In this document: in pieces, positions 1 through 13,873 of the stretch
Layout of the letters: each line of letters starts with the position of its first letter
How positions within the stretch are numbered: the first letter of the stretch is position 1
Origin: Tubulanus polymorphus
Taxonomy: Eukaryota; Animalia; Nemertea
Direction: 5' to 3'
Length of the DNA: 64,000 bases
NCBI RefSeq assembly: GCF_964204645.1
Contig: NC_134026.1
Coordinates: 8,331,950 to 8,395,949, forward strand
Position numbers and translations under genes: made by a program
The notes under the pieces: model-generated
Databases searched by the model: none
What the model saw: the letters and a program-made list of their open reading frames with translations, nothing else
Told to the model about the DNA's origin: nothing

Positions 1-204
1 TGCTATTCTGATGACCGTTGTGATACGGTCAAGGAGCTTTCCGAATGCGGTGTACTCAAGTACGGTTAATCATAAATATGGTAATCAATATATTATATGT
101 ATACCAAGGCATTGCTTCCAAATTTTTGTTGCGTGATTCTGAAAAAACAATACCGTAGCGTCGAATAACAAGAGTTTTGCTGATTTAGTAAAGTTGATTT
201 AAGT

Positions 205-590
205 ATTTTGACGCCGTAAAAACCGTTACAATAATATTTATATACATTGATACCTAGTATGCGTTATTTAAGGGGTACGTGTGAGTCGATGTGCACTACG
301 CTATCGATATTGGCGTTTCAAAAATAACAATTAAAATTGTGAATCTCTGAGTTTATTTTGTAATTAGATATATTATATAACTCTCATAACTATCTCATTT
401 TTGATGAATTTTAATGATTATTTTTGAGAGGATGTGCACTACATCATCTATATATCGGAGTAGACTGGTTGCCGGTCAATTCAAGTAATTATTGATATAT
501 TCAAATCCAAAATTACTTTATTGATCCTTACTAAGATAAGTGTAATTTTTCAAGGTGGCAATAAACCTTGAAGTTAGTTTTCTTGTTACG
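205..590 (+). repeat. Dispersed repeat, copy 1 (copy 2 at ~8450-8912)
   Basis: Shared blocks ttttgacgcc.taaaa, cgatgtgcactac, agactggttgccg.tcaattcaa and aataaac.tt.aagttagtt.tcttgtt occur in the same order in both copies. Confidence 0.8.
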
Positions 591-1233
591 GTAATGCTTC
601 CCTCATCTTGAACTATTATGCGTTTTCTTAGATCACTCGTGAAATATCATATCAGTTCGTAAATAAATCAAACTGTTCTAATCCGCGTTACACATTCACG
701 ATACGATATCAGTACTGTTCGGTTATTTCGAGCCCGTCGTTTTTAAGTCATTAGCAATGCCCTCTAGTTATTTTTGAGTGAGCTGGCGTAAAGCCAAATG
801 AGCAAGAGCAAAACAAGGAAGTTAACGTGTGCTCCCGCCACAAGACGGAGAATTTACATCAAAATTGTCCGTAGTTCCTGAATGGGAGCGTAAGTGGGAG
901 AGGGGTTATACACGGCATTTTCCCGTTAACATACAAGTATATGTTAGGGTACGGTATGGGATGGACACGTAATTGAAATGAAATGCGGCAGATTGACATC
1001 CGACGGTTGAACCAACAATAGATTGATAGATAATAGTGGCCGTGATATCATAAGTTTCGGCCAAATTATCATTATCCTGACCGGGTTTGCCAATTGCTAA
1101 TCGCATCGCCGGATATATGATGTACCGGTACACATAAAAGAACATCAGTCAACATCGTGGGAGTAGTTCTAAACACCGATGCCTCTATTCCGATCCTTTA
1201 ATCGGGGCTAATTTCGCTGGCTTTCATCGATGG

Positions 1234-1527
1234 CCACGGAGGCGATAAAGGGCCTTCAGTTGCCGCGTTCCAACGCCATATCTATGTCGACATATCGCGA
1301 TATATCGCGTCAATTCGACGTGAATATGTCGACATATCGCGACGTTTTGACGACATATTTCGTTGTGTCGACAAAGCGAAATTTGTCGTCAAACCGTCAC
1401 GATTTGTCGACATATTCACGTCGAATTGACGCGATATATCGCGATATGTCGACATAATATCTGACATAAATATGGCGGCTTGTTGAGTTTGAACGCGACA
1501 ACAGTAGGCCGCTTATCGCCTCCGTAG
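1234..1527. mobile_element. Palindromic MITE/foldback element
   Basis: TIRs C(C/T)ACGGAGGCGATAA, candidate 4-bp TSD ATGG (1230-1233 / 1528-1531), internal near-perfect palindrome 1283-1456. Confidence 0.75.
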
Positions 1528-2399
1528 ATGGCAGGAATGTAGAAAACAAAGAGCACATAATATACTGTCATCGTGACGACCTTACATCGACATCAGAATT
1601 TACATCCATTAATTCCATTCTTCTGAGGGAAAAGGTGATACGCTTTAATTCAACATCAGTCGCCAAATCCTCACTAGCTGGTGTCGTAATTTCCTAATGT
1701 GACGCGGTAATAGTTTTCTGTTTTGTTTAGTGTGCACTACACCGATTCTTTCGACCGAAAACCATTCTCATTTGATCACATTTTCCGTACTTTTCAAAAC
1801 ATCATGAGGTTTTCCTGCTCTATGAGATATTTATTGCGACATGCGTGATAATAAGCGTTTTAATTTTTCTTGAGGATGTTTAACGTAAATACGATGTCTA
1901 ATTACACTAAAAGGTTATCGGACCTTCCTGACCAACGTATTCATTTCGTGTACGTAAATAAATATTTCAGCTATTTTACTAATAGTCAGGAACATGAATG
2001 AAAGTAAATGTTCCCCCGTGCATAGAGCATCTTCTATTGTTTCAAGGCATTATTTGCATATAGTATGGGTAAATATCGATTTAACCGTGACATTTCAAGG
2101 AGAGCATTGAGAGACATGTACACCGATGCCTCCTCAGCAGAGGAAATCGTTTTTCTCGGAGTCCAATAAATTTACACCTTCTTTATCTATATTTAAACGA
2201 ACTTTCTACAGCAATCATCTGTAATGCCATTGTGTACCGGCATTTCTGTCAACCTAATGAAAAATCGAACCACGTGTAACGCGGTACAGTTAGTCGAGCA
2301 CGAATACATTTTTCAACCCGGCATATACATACAAGTATCTATACGAATGTGTTCATGAAAACGATTATCAGATTTTGTTTTACCCTAAATCATCCGATA

Positions 2400-2990
2400 C
2401 CTTCTTTCAACCCGTCCACCAGCCAAGAGTCCTAAAATTATTTCTAAAACAAAACCCATCTGAGCAACACTTCTTTTACTCACAGTTTCACAACTGATGT
2501 CTGCCAAAAGTTCTATGGCTCCCTGACAACATTCCCCTACAGTCCCACAAACCTCTACGACCACAGTCACACAATAAGCCTTCCAAACAACAATTCACTA
2601 ACTCACTACGGATTATTCCTTTCCCTAATTCCTCCGACAGTTCTTCGAATAAATTCTAACAGCCCTAAATGCCAAGAGTTCCACAACCCTGACCAACATT
2701 CCCTAGACTCATTCATTCCAACAGTTCCATATAGATAATTCCAAAATTTTCTCCACCTCCAACCAACAGTTATACTAGTTCCTCAATAATCACTCAAGAC
2801 AACAGTGCCACAACTAAATATTGCCAACCAACAGCCTGAAACCAACAGTACCATGAATAACCTCTAACAATCATTTTCTCAACTGAAAATTCCACAACAA
2901 CTGACCACATCGAGCTATAACTAACACCCCTCCCTCCCCCAACAAACAGCCCCGCAGACAAATCGCAACTTCCATCAACACATTCATCAA
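2400..2990 (+). repeat. Degenerate C/A-rich low-complexity tandem array
   Basis: G-poor plus strand with recurring caacagtt(c), ccacaac and caacattcccta motifs. Confidence 0.6.
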
Positions 2991-3745
2991 GTGAAAAGCG
3001 TGAATACCTAACTCAAGATTTGATGAAGTGAAATCCAAAGTCGTCCCCACAAAATATCAGCGCGATTTGTGCGTTACCATCACTCAGGTTAATGAGGCAA
3101 TTAGCTGCGCGGATTTTTACGATGCCATTCCGCAATGAATAAGTGATTGCGTGCGTTGACTACACATAGTAGAAATACTAGTATCACATTTACGCTAACT
3201 CTTTTAACCAATCTGAACCTTAATCAACACGAAGGACCCCGGCTATATCGCCGTACGGATATCATCATGTGCATCGTATACGTAAAAAAAGAATCCTATA
3301 TAAGTACCTAGCGAATCACCTGGCATATGGTTACGTCTTAAGTTTTAGTGATCTGGGACTTCGAAATCTTATTGCATTCCAATTTGATATGATCTTTCAA
3401 TTCGATATGCAAAATTCACTAAAACTTGAAGTTAATCACAATCCAGATTTATCTAACATTCATAGGCCTACGCGTCTTGGTAGTAGTAATAGTAATTTTT
3501 GCGCCATTTTAGAAAATTCTTTAAAATTTTATTCTACCTCCATAACGATTAATGAAGCATGATGTATGATGTTGTGTTAGTGTCAGATCGTGTCGGAGAT
3601 GTTAAAAAGCTGTAGTAATTTGCCCTGGAATTTCACAGAACTATAAGAAGAGAATCGTTAATGTTTACGTTGATTATTCAACTCAATGTCACCCACTTAA
3701 TGTGTGCCGATGTATATGTATTTTATCGCGAATCTAGTTTTGCAT

Positions 3746-4076
3746 TTAAGTCAGTACACGTAAACCCCAGGAATACTAAGACATGCAGGAAAAATGTGAC
3801 AAGTATTTTGCCTTGTTCTGAGGTTCGTAAACCGGCTGTTTCTTTCGACAAAGAAAGTACCGAAAACTCCAACAGTTAAAAATTGCATTTAAAAACGAAA
3901 GCCACAGATCGAAGGCTATTAGACGATCGTAATTCAGCTAGACCCACATTTTGAACGGAAAAGCGATATCTACGGCACTATAGGCGCGCCACGATTATAT
4001 AGAGGTCATGGTCACTGAGCAGAAGATATCTGCGCAATGCGTAGGTGGATTTCCTTGAGTGCGCGTACGACTTTAA
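3746..4076. mobile_element. Possible TTAA-flanked (Kolobok-type) MITE
   Basis: Imperfect inverted termini ttaagtcagtacacg / gcgtacgactttaa. Confidence 0.35.
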
Positions 4077-5256
4077 GTCAAAATTATCTGAGGTATTTCT
4101 AAAATTCCACCGTACGTGTTATCTGGACGGCGACCTCAACTGCTGGAATGTATCTAAGAATGGAGAAGCGTTCAAAACATAATCGCGAACAATGTTTCTT
4201 GCTAACCTTCTTCCGTACATCGCCGCGTCAGGAATGCAATTCACGCGTGCCAACCCATAAATACGATTCTTAAACCGATCGAGTTTTTGATTTCTTTGCA
4301 AAGCTTCTTTCATATGATTAAGTGACCATGCCATTCTTTGCTGTATTTATATCTATACTATAATTCTTTCGTGAAAAATGTTAACGAAAAAAATGCTTAC
4401 GAAATAAAAAGATCAACTACATAGGCCTTTTTACTACGTACGTCAACCAAAGTATCAAAGAAATTACGGAATGAAATAAGAGAACGATCTATTGAGCAAT
4501 GGAAAAATGATTAAACGACGATTCGAGAACTCGTGTTCTGATTGATCCGAATCGAAGGCCCTAAAGGATGGGCTATCACGAACGGACATGGTGACATCCG
4601 GAGTCACGCGAAAGGCATTCCCCAAAAACTCACGTGGCACGTGTATTAATCCGTGACAAAGTATGATGATATATTACGTCGGTTTTTGGAGTTCAATTTA
4701 TTGACTTAAGTAATTGACACGCGGGTACTTGAAAGCGGGTATATAGGTACATACTTATACGTTCGTTCTAGAAAGATATCGACTCTTGCGTGTGTGTGAG
4801 AGAGTGTACGGTAAAAATAAAACGATGAAATTCGTAACGCGAGTGAACGTTATACACACTAATCAATCGGGGTGATTTTTTCCGCTGTTTTATCGTTCTC
4901 CACCAGCTTGGAGTCATCGGTATATTAGCTCGTTTATCGAACAAATTTACTACACGCGCGGGAGAGTCGAATTTACACGACCACTATAGCTGCTGCGGCG
5001 GCGGTGGTGATGTGTGTGATATGCGCGATGATCCTGGGAACGATAACACATGGCGCGAATGGTCCTGACACTGCGGCGGAGAGCGCGCTATAACTACACA
5101 CAATCACACGGTTTACCTTGCCGTCGCTAATTAATTAACCTAAGTACTCTCCCAGGGTTTTACCGTTCGTTCGAGATGTGTGATGATAAGAAGGAATGCG
5201 CAATAAATTTAAAAAAAAGAAAAAAAGCAAACTGACTGACTAACTGACTGACTCAC

Positions 5257-5584
5257 CTGTGTCGACGTAACTGTGATACCTTTTCGCCACGAACTGTTCA
5301 GGTTCGAACAGATCGTGAACGGAGCCTCGGCTGTCGGCGATACTTTCCTTGTACATTTTGATCATTTTCCTCTTGTACTCGATCGTCGTGTTCACGTGCG
5401 ATACATCCGGAATATGCGAGATTCCCAGTTTGGTTAGAATTTCAGTTTTGATCGCTTCGATGCGAGCGGCTTTCAGTTTCTTGTGGTTGATATGGTGCCG
5501 GTAAGGTCGAGCGCTACTAGGCCTTTCAGTAACAAACAGGAATAATGCCAACATAACGCATATCATCCCTTGCAATATGTTCAT
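5257..5584 (-). CDS. TGF-beta superfamily ligand (TGF-beta/myostatin/activin-branch prodomain), first coding exon; downstream exons outside the window
   Basis: ATG at 5584 is followed by a hydrophobic signal peptide (MNILQGMICVMLALFLFVT). Next comes RIEAIKTEILTKLGISHIPDVS, matching the prodomain alpha1/latency-lasso motif (TGFB1 RIEAIRGQILSKL, MSTN RIEAIKIQILSKL). EPEQFVAK resembles TGFB1 EPEADYYAK. The exon ends at a canonical donor G|GTGAGT (5256-5251), phase 1. Confidence 0.88.
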
Positions 5585-8449
5585 AATTAGAGCCACTCAA
5601 GTCGTGAATATATTGGACGTGACGTGCCCGTATGGAATTTGCCGGTCGCGGTCATCAGTAACGTTTTTGTGTATATATGTCGGCTTTTTGATCCTCCGGT
5701 GACGATACCACATACGTATATATTAAATGAAACCCTTTTCCGACGCGCGTTTTTTTTTTTAAATAAGATATCGAACGATTCGGAGCGAATTGACAACGAT
5801 TTTTGCGCTTTAATTCGCTAGTCGAGATGCTCGACGCATTTCTTCGACGACAAAATACTAGTTCAAGGTGGCGACCGATAGACCAATCCGAACTCGTCAC
5901 CGATATAGTGATAAATGCTACTGTTGTTAAGAATCGCTGCTGGTAATCTATATGTCTTGACCATTTTGCTACGGAGACAAATAGTACGCTAACGACACCG
6001 CGACCATCGGCTGGTGTTGAGAATATTCGCCCGTAAAGAAACTTCTGTCAGTCGGCTCGGTCCAGTTTTCATCTTATCGTCTCCAACCGTTCACAATCTG
6101 GCGAGTAATATATATCACGATATTACACGCCGCTCGTTTTAGGCGTTGATTCATACTTGCAAAATCGCTTGCAACCGTAACTCCGACGAGATAAAACAAA
6201 TACCGAATCGTACGAGAACACTCCCCGAGTCCAACGGTGTGCCAACATTTTTCTTTTATCTCCCTACTTAGCGTATATATTCATCACAACAAGGCCCGAG
6301 AGATAAGATAGCTGTGGAATTTCGGACACAAACGCGAGTTAGCAGATTTTCAAAATTCGATTCCGTGTTCGCTCGGTGTCGTCCGTTCGCGTGCGCGTAC
6401 GTTTGAATCCTCGGCGGTAACCAGAAAATGCGCCCGGAGAGTGTTAACAGCTCGCATATGTACGAACGCTACACCGTGTTCGGCAGGTGATTGTCAAATG
6501 CAGCTACTACTTTTGTAACGACAATCTTGAAGCTGCAGGCGGAGCGTAATGTTTGACACAAATCAAGCTTTATCCGTCTTGGTTAGACTAACGCAGCATT
6601 ATGTCAATAATCACTTGTGTTTGACTTTGCGTCTTCTCGATTTGCCGAGAAAGGCAATTTCGAGTAAACACAACGCACACACACACACGCACAACGCGTC
6701 GTCAGTTGCGCCGCGGCGGACACCGATGACTGCGTGAAGAACCGTGTCGGCTGCTAATGTCATTATTATCAATCGGGATAGAAAAAACAACGAACCCTCT
6801 CTATTTCTAAACGGTTTGACAATATCGTCATCGGCGTCGTCATAAGCGATGAACTAATATCTCTGAAGGCGAAATTATCTAAACAGAAACCCAATAAAAC
6901 GCATGCGCGTCATTAAAGTGATATTTATATTATATAGATAAGTATATCATCCATAATGATAATAATAGCGATTCTGACATTTTCGCTGTGCATATATATT
7001 AATACAAATACAAATCTTCGCCGTTAATCAGTTGGTGACAACACATTTTCTATATCAAGTCCCGCGTATAGCTATTAATACAACACACTTGAAAACCAAG
7101 TCCTATTTGTAACAGCATTGATTCGTCGCTGCTTGATTTAATAATGAAATAATGAACGCACGCTATTCAATGCAGTCTGTGGTGGGAGCTAGGGGGTTCA
7201 TCAGCTCGCTCGCTCGCTCTTTCTTTCTCTCCCTTTCTCTCTGTACTGCTCATGTGTCGGCGAATCGATTGAGTTTGCGTTTTCATATCTCTTATTGGGC
7301 CATCAACTCTATCGCAATTTCCGTAGCAAGATGTTTCAAGCATCCAGCAACACAGGATACTGATTGGATCGTACAAAAAGGCATTCGAACCGCCACCGTC
7401 AAGTAGACCTCGGTATCGTCTGCAAAGCGACGGCGAAGTGACACGTATGTACGTATATGCGTTCGGCATTAACAATCGACGAACCCAGATTTTTGAAAGA
7501 GCGAAGTACGGCATTTTTATCGTAACGGCGCAATTGAAACATCGACGATTAAAACATTTATTGAGAAATTGAAAATTCTATACGGCCTGTTTCGAATTAT
7601 TTCAAATCAACTCCCAACGAAAGAACGTTTCCGTAGTACGACAATGAACATATTCTAATTTCAAAACTTCCAGAAACGAGATAAGACAATATGATCCGAA
7701 ATGTTTTCGTATGTCCTCAGGATTTTTACCATTGTTATCGATATATAGGAAAATAACTAACGTTCTCATTTTTAAAACTTCAATTATCAGTTCCACGTAT
7801 TAGAAGAATTATATCGTATTTATCGGAATCATTTCTTATTAAGGCACGTATTTTTTCTAACTAAATAAAAACTGCTCAGCGAATATATTTCTAAACGTGT
7901 ATTGAATAGCGCATCGAAAAGCTATATAGCATTCCATCATCACAGAAATAGTATCGAAAAATAAAACAATTCGTGGAAAGTTCTTATTCGCGGATACGCG
8001 GAATATCTAAAGAGCAATTTTTGCCGGCTAAGGAATAATCGGAAAGCTCGCAAAATGAGAAGCCCGGCTGTCTAAAGGCATTAAATTTTCACTCAAACAA
8101 TGAAGGTGATATAGGAATTTCCATTCGGCTACGCGTCGTCAACGAGGCTGTTCGGTATTGTCAGTGTTTGGCCTCAAATCTGTCTTATGTAGATTCCTCA
8201 TCAATCTGTTAAATAGCTCGTCTAAATCGCCTACATCGGGAGTTATCAGCGACGTTTTTGCGACGACCAACGGAGTCCCTCGGGGTAGACTGGCTATTTT
8301 ACCTATCAGTACGGCTTTTTCGTGATATCTATTAGATAAATCATTATCTATATAGCATTTCGTCGTTATTAACGGGGGTGATCCCTTTTAACGAAGACCC
8401 GTGTGTTATCGAATCCGTGAAAAAAAATATTTCTCCAACTACGAAACCT

Positions 8450-8912
8450 TTTTTGACGCCCTAAAACACTAATGTATATATACATCGATACCTAATATGC
8501 GTTATATGAGGGGTTCTGTGTGATTCGATGTGCACTATACGTCATCAATATTGGTGTTTCAAAATAACAGTTACAATTGTGAATTTTGGCATTTATTTTG
8601 TAACTAAACATATTTCGTAACTCTTATTTCATTTTTGATAAATTTCGATAATTATAGTTCTTAACTCTTTTTATTTCTAAAAAATTTTATAACTTTTTTG
8701 AGAGGATGTGTGCTACGTCACCAATATATCAGGGTTAGACTGGTTGCCGATCAATTCAATTCAATTACTGATATATTCAAATCTAAAATAACTTTATTGA
8801 TCCTTGATATTACATGTGTATATAATTAATATCAACTTTTTTATTGTGGACCGAAACAAAATGTGTGTTGTATTTCAAGGCGTCAATAAACTTTCAAGTT
8901 AGTTCTCTTGTT
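8450..8912 (+). repeat. Dispersed repeat, copy 2 (copy 1 at ~205-590)
   Basis: Co-linear similarity to 205-590 with two small insertions. Confidence 0.8.
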
Positions 8913-9714
8913 TAGTAATAGTAATAGTTATTTCTATAGCGCCCTTATCACCTGGATAGATGCAATGTTCAACTCGGCGCTTACCTTTTTAAATTAGTCG
9001 ACGAATTTGAGCTTAAACAAATGAATAAACCATACCAACGCGTGTCCATCTAATCCCACCCTATCATCGGCTTTAAAAACAATCTGCCATTTTGTCCGTT
9101 TCGAGAATCCGAGGAAGATTATCGCATCATTTTTATGACGCGAAAAAGCTATCTCATCGACGAGAATGCGAAGGGGGGTGGATATGATTAAAGTTGCCCA
9201 CGTGCAGGCACACATGTCACGTTCGCTGATCGAAATCATCGATAGAGCATGATCCCCGAGACTTCAAACGCGAAGATAATGGATCATGAAATTTATGAAT
9301 CTACCTCCTTCGCAAATTGTCTTGTTAAACTGCTTCAAAGGAACGAGCGATCGTCTGCTTTTAGCTACACGGCGAACGAACCCGAGGTCATTCATAAAAC
9401 TTCTAACGTTTACTTGCCGCAGGAGATATTGTTCTGCTACCTGATGAGGGCTGCGTTCGCGCGCTGATTTATTTCGCGACCATATTTGCAGTGTGTACAT
9501 ACAAATAAATCCAGCTACCAGTCATAATCCCACCCGTCGAGTTTCTTGTAGCGAGCCGTGTAGACTATCGAAGACGGAATTCTATGCGTGTTCCAACCGC
9601 GCAGTTTGACGTGAAAATCTACCAATAAGAAAATTACGATTTTAAACGATAAAATCTGTTGATCTTCAGTTCCAGTTGTAAATTCGAATATAGATTACTT
9701 TTAGGTCACCGCAC

Positions 9715-9946
9715 GATCCGGTTCCACAGTTCTAGACCCAGTTCCACAGTCGTGAGATAAGATTTGACTCAGAGTTAACTAATTGAAAATGAACCGATTT
9801 CAACTCCGAGTTAACTTAAACTCACAACTATGGATGGAACTGGATCCTGAGTAAGAGTTCTTAGAACTCTTAGTTAAAATCAGTTCATCTTCAATGTTTC
9901 TACCTGCAGTGAAGAATCTTAACTCACAACTGTGGCATTGGGTCCA
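9715..9946. mobile_element. Harbinger-like MITE family 'ccagttccacagtt...aactgtggaac' (nested/tandem copies)
   Basis: TIR-like ggttccacagtt / aactgtgg. Same family at 20547-20659, with fragments near 32265-32335, 35390-35440 and 39925-40000. Confidence 0.6.
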
Positions 9947-12943
9947 TAGGTTATATACATGATTATTCAACCCTAAATAAAACCGTACGTTTTCCGAATA
10001 ATCCATGCAATATGAACGATTTCAAATTGTCTCTTAAAAAGGTTGAAATTTAGCGCGAGTCAGTCAATGTTTCGTAGATTCCTAGAATCACATGATCATT
10101 TTAGATACAATGCCGAATTACACTTTACTTTAATTACATCCGTCGAAAGAACGCGTCTGAATTGAAAAGATTTTCTTAAGTTCAACTGTGCCAAGAAAGA
10201 AGCCCTGCGGGTGGATAGAAGTGGGCTACCGGCTTACCCACACACGTATCTACACATGGCAACCTTACTTCGGAAACTGGTGAAGTCTAGTGTGACGTCG
10301 AGACATCCGACACCTATCAAACAGCTTCCAGACACCGGACCGGGGGAGGCGCGGTCTTACCTGAAACCTCGTCTGCTGAGAGAGTTTAAAAAGAAGTCGA
10401 ACATTGCAGTCACACGAATAATATATAGTTCCACTCCTCCATCAAACGTTTTCGGTATCTACGTAGGCTCCCCGTGACAGCTTCATTTACGAAAGAAAAA
10501 GGCATATACAGGGCTGCCAACCTCTCAAAAGTGCTATAAGTAACAAATTGAACTTTTTTCAGTAACATTTCATTGAGATATGAAAGAAAATGTTCAATCA
10601 ATTAGTAATTAACAGTAAGACCCTCAGTAACAGCTTTCATATTTATGTATGTTTCGAACAAAGCAAAACAGTATTCCTCATTATGAAATAGTAACAAATT
10701 GACAGCTGACATCTCTGCATACACACCAACGACATGATTGCTGTGACCTATAGACGAAAATGAAATGATGAACGTCGGGGACACTAACGCGACTTGGCTC
10801 GACTCGGTACCTTCAACAGGTAACGGTCGGATCTTCTAGACTAAATCTTGCAATCGTGGATATTTCATATAACGCCTTTTTGACAGTGTTTCCGAAATAA
10901 ATCAGCAAAATAGACCGTGTTTGAATCTATTAATCTGGAAATGAATTTTTTTATTGTGTTGATTTTGTTATATGCGTGGGGCGGAGGTCGTGGTGAATTT
11001 ATCTGTTAAAACGTTTGCATTTTCACTTGCGGTATACGTAACAACTGGCAATAAAACGACGAGAAAATTATTAATCATTTCAATATAACGCATAAACTTA
11101 AAAATCATCATTCATTTACGTAATGAATTAAGGGTAAACGCGAAATTACTAAATCTAAAACTGTTTCATTTTTTCTTCATCAGCCGCGTGATAAATCATA
11201 TTAGTTCGTGTCGTTTCTGTTCATGAGTCAATTACACTTCAATCAATGCCAGGGCGGAGGAGTTTGGGGATAGTTCCGTACTTTATTTAATAAGTTATTA
11301 ATATAAAATTTTAGCTCGATGCAAGCAGGATCTCGATGTGTCGATCTTCTGTTTTTCATGTCCAATTCCTCGTGTATAGATTTAATATCAAACTTTCATT
11401 TTGATGGCTCGACGTCATCCTTGTACTACGGTTGGGATATTACCTTTGTCTGAAAGAATTATTATGCTTCGGAATGAATGAACATAATCCCAAGGTGTGA
11501 TGGAACATACGGAATACGAGAGGTCATAAGTCTATATAACCTTCACTGAATAACTGGTGAAGCGAGGCATTTGTGAGGGGGAAAAACCACCAAAGTTCTG
11601 GTTGACTGCATATTCTCCATCTTGGGTTCGCTGCTTGAAAAGCGTAGCCTGTAAACGAATTGAATATAACCTTTTATGAATCAACTTTTTTTTTGAATGA
11701 TTGTATTATCGACAAATTTTATTTACTGAGATAGATTAGGCTCATAGTAGATTGCTTTATATGATTCTCCCGGTCGGAAAAATAGCGGGGAACAATGACT
11801 CTATACCGGGTGCTGCTTTTCAATGTATCCATATTTCGGTGTTGGATTATCGCGCGAAATCGCTTAGGGTATTTTCCGCAGGACGAAAAATGTGGGTTGT
11901 GTTTTGATAACGGAGATGCCATTTTTCTGCCGAATTTCCTCGGTTTAAATCATAATCAAATGAAATTTCATTTTCATCCTCCGTTTTTAATTCTATGAAT
12001 GCCTCATAGAATTAGATTCGGAGAAATAGCATAATAAGAGCTGGGAAATGCGTCTCAATCGCCACACAAAAAAATCCTGTTTCTCGGGTGGGACAACCAC
12101 AGGTAGGTATGGCTTTGTTTTTGTTTTTCTGGTATTCTCCGGACAGTGGGTAGGTCGTCGTAAATACTTTTCTACACGACCAGATTTCCAGTTAAAATAT
12201 GATTAGCAGTTAGAAGACCACAATAGTAAAAGGAAGTTGAGGTTTTTGTACAATAAACTATATTTTGAACATATTTCAGACTTGGAAACTGTTTATGAAA
12301 AGAAAACATCAGAATCTTGAATAATAGTCTATACGGCATTCCTGGAATTTTACAATCCAATGTCGCCAGCAATGTCTAATTAGCAATGTTGCCGTAGCAC
12401 AGCTGTACCATTTCCAGAGTCAAATTGTTAAATCCGATGTAATAAAATATGTTTATGATGTCGATCTCAGTAGGCCTACGATTTGATTAAAAAGATTGAA
12501 ATATTTACGAGAATGGAGAGCTTTGTAGTCAGTCGGCCACATTTTAGGCGATCTTATTTCATTTCGAAAATAATCATTTGAAATGACAAGATATCGTTAA
12601 AACATAGTTTTATTTTGGTGTGGCATAAAATTAATTCATTGCATCGACTAGTTGAAAGCCTGCGACGGCTGACATTTAGATGTTATTAGAATCACTGAAT
12701 GATTTATCTTTTTATCTGCGACATAAACACCTACTTCTTACGAGTCCACGTACACGTAAAGAAAATCCATTGTCGATCGTTTGTAGGTGTTTTGTGAAAA
12801 TTCAAATAAATAAGACCATTTTCAGACCCCACAATATCATATCAATTGAATTGAAGAATTTGTTGATACTGATTAATCTTAGTTAGTCCCCCCGTATTAC
12901 TTAACTTTGACTGATGAAATTCAGCGATACATCTCAAATATTG

Positions 12944-13100
12944 CCGCGATCACACGACCGTTTTGACGATCCGGTTCTGGTAGGGGCTTACCTCACTTAC
13001 CACAGCATCGTTTTGATAGCATTTTGTAATGAGCGCAAAAGCACTCTCTAATCAACCCAGGGTCTGGTCCGGGCCAAATCGTCTCCATGTGATCGCAGCT
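12944..13100. mobile_element. PIF/Harbinger-like MITE (AGCCGCGATCACA family), degraded
   Basis: gccgcgatcacac ... atgtgatcgcagct termini; same family as 43469, 58038 and 61203. Confidence 0.6.
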
Positions 13101-13779
13101 TATGTCAAGATGCCCTCGGCAATAGAATTAACCCAAAAAAGATTCCGAAGAAATGCATGAGTAAAATACCACGCACACTCACGATTCATCAGATCTAAGC
13201 TGGACATACATGCTATTATGGCCGCAAAGCAGCTCATCGCGTCAAACGCAACAGAATGGTGTGGTTGCAGTTCTAAAAAGTTGCCAATTTTGAATCTGTT
13301 ATGCATGTAAATGTATACGTATCAAACACTAACTTTAACGGGGAAATTTTAGAGATGCCTCCTTTTGATTTTCGTCGTTAGATACCATATCATCAACCGA
13401 AACTAAGAAATGACAATAATTCAACATACGTTTTCGTTTTATTTTCACTATAAACATGAATAACAAATACAATGCGTGGATATAAAAATGGACGGATATC
13501 AAAAACCTACGTATATTTCAGTTTACTAAGTAGACAGATAACAATCAAACGATTTAAATATTCCATTCTATATATGTATCATCGGGCAGACACAACGCCT
13601 AGCCGGTAAATATCAAATTTATCATTTCATTAATGACGAACAAAAGGTCAACGTTTCTCCATTGCGCGCGTCTCTACTAAATGCCAATTACGACATTTAA
13701 GGCAGATATCAATTCTCATTGATCCGAATAACCCGAGGGCGGCTTCACTATAAAACGACTTCATTCTCCTCTGTCTATA

Positions 13780-13781
<2 letters not shown>

Positions 13782-13871
<90 letters not shown>
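13782..13871. repeat. (TA)n microsatellite
   Basis: Uninterrupted TA run. Confidence 0.98.

Positions 13872-13873
<2 letters not shown>

Noticed and set aside
1230-1467. Mirror ORFs with MSTYRD repeats on both strands
   Set aside because: Artefact of the DNA palindrome.
11882-11941. DEKCGLCFDNGDAIFLP, resembling the start of a RING finger after a good acceptor
   Set aside because: No following CxH or CxxC and no in-frame downstream exon found.
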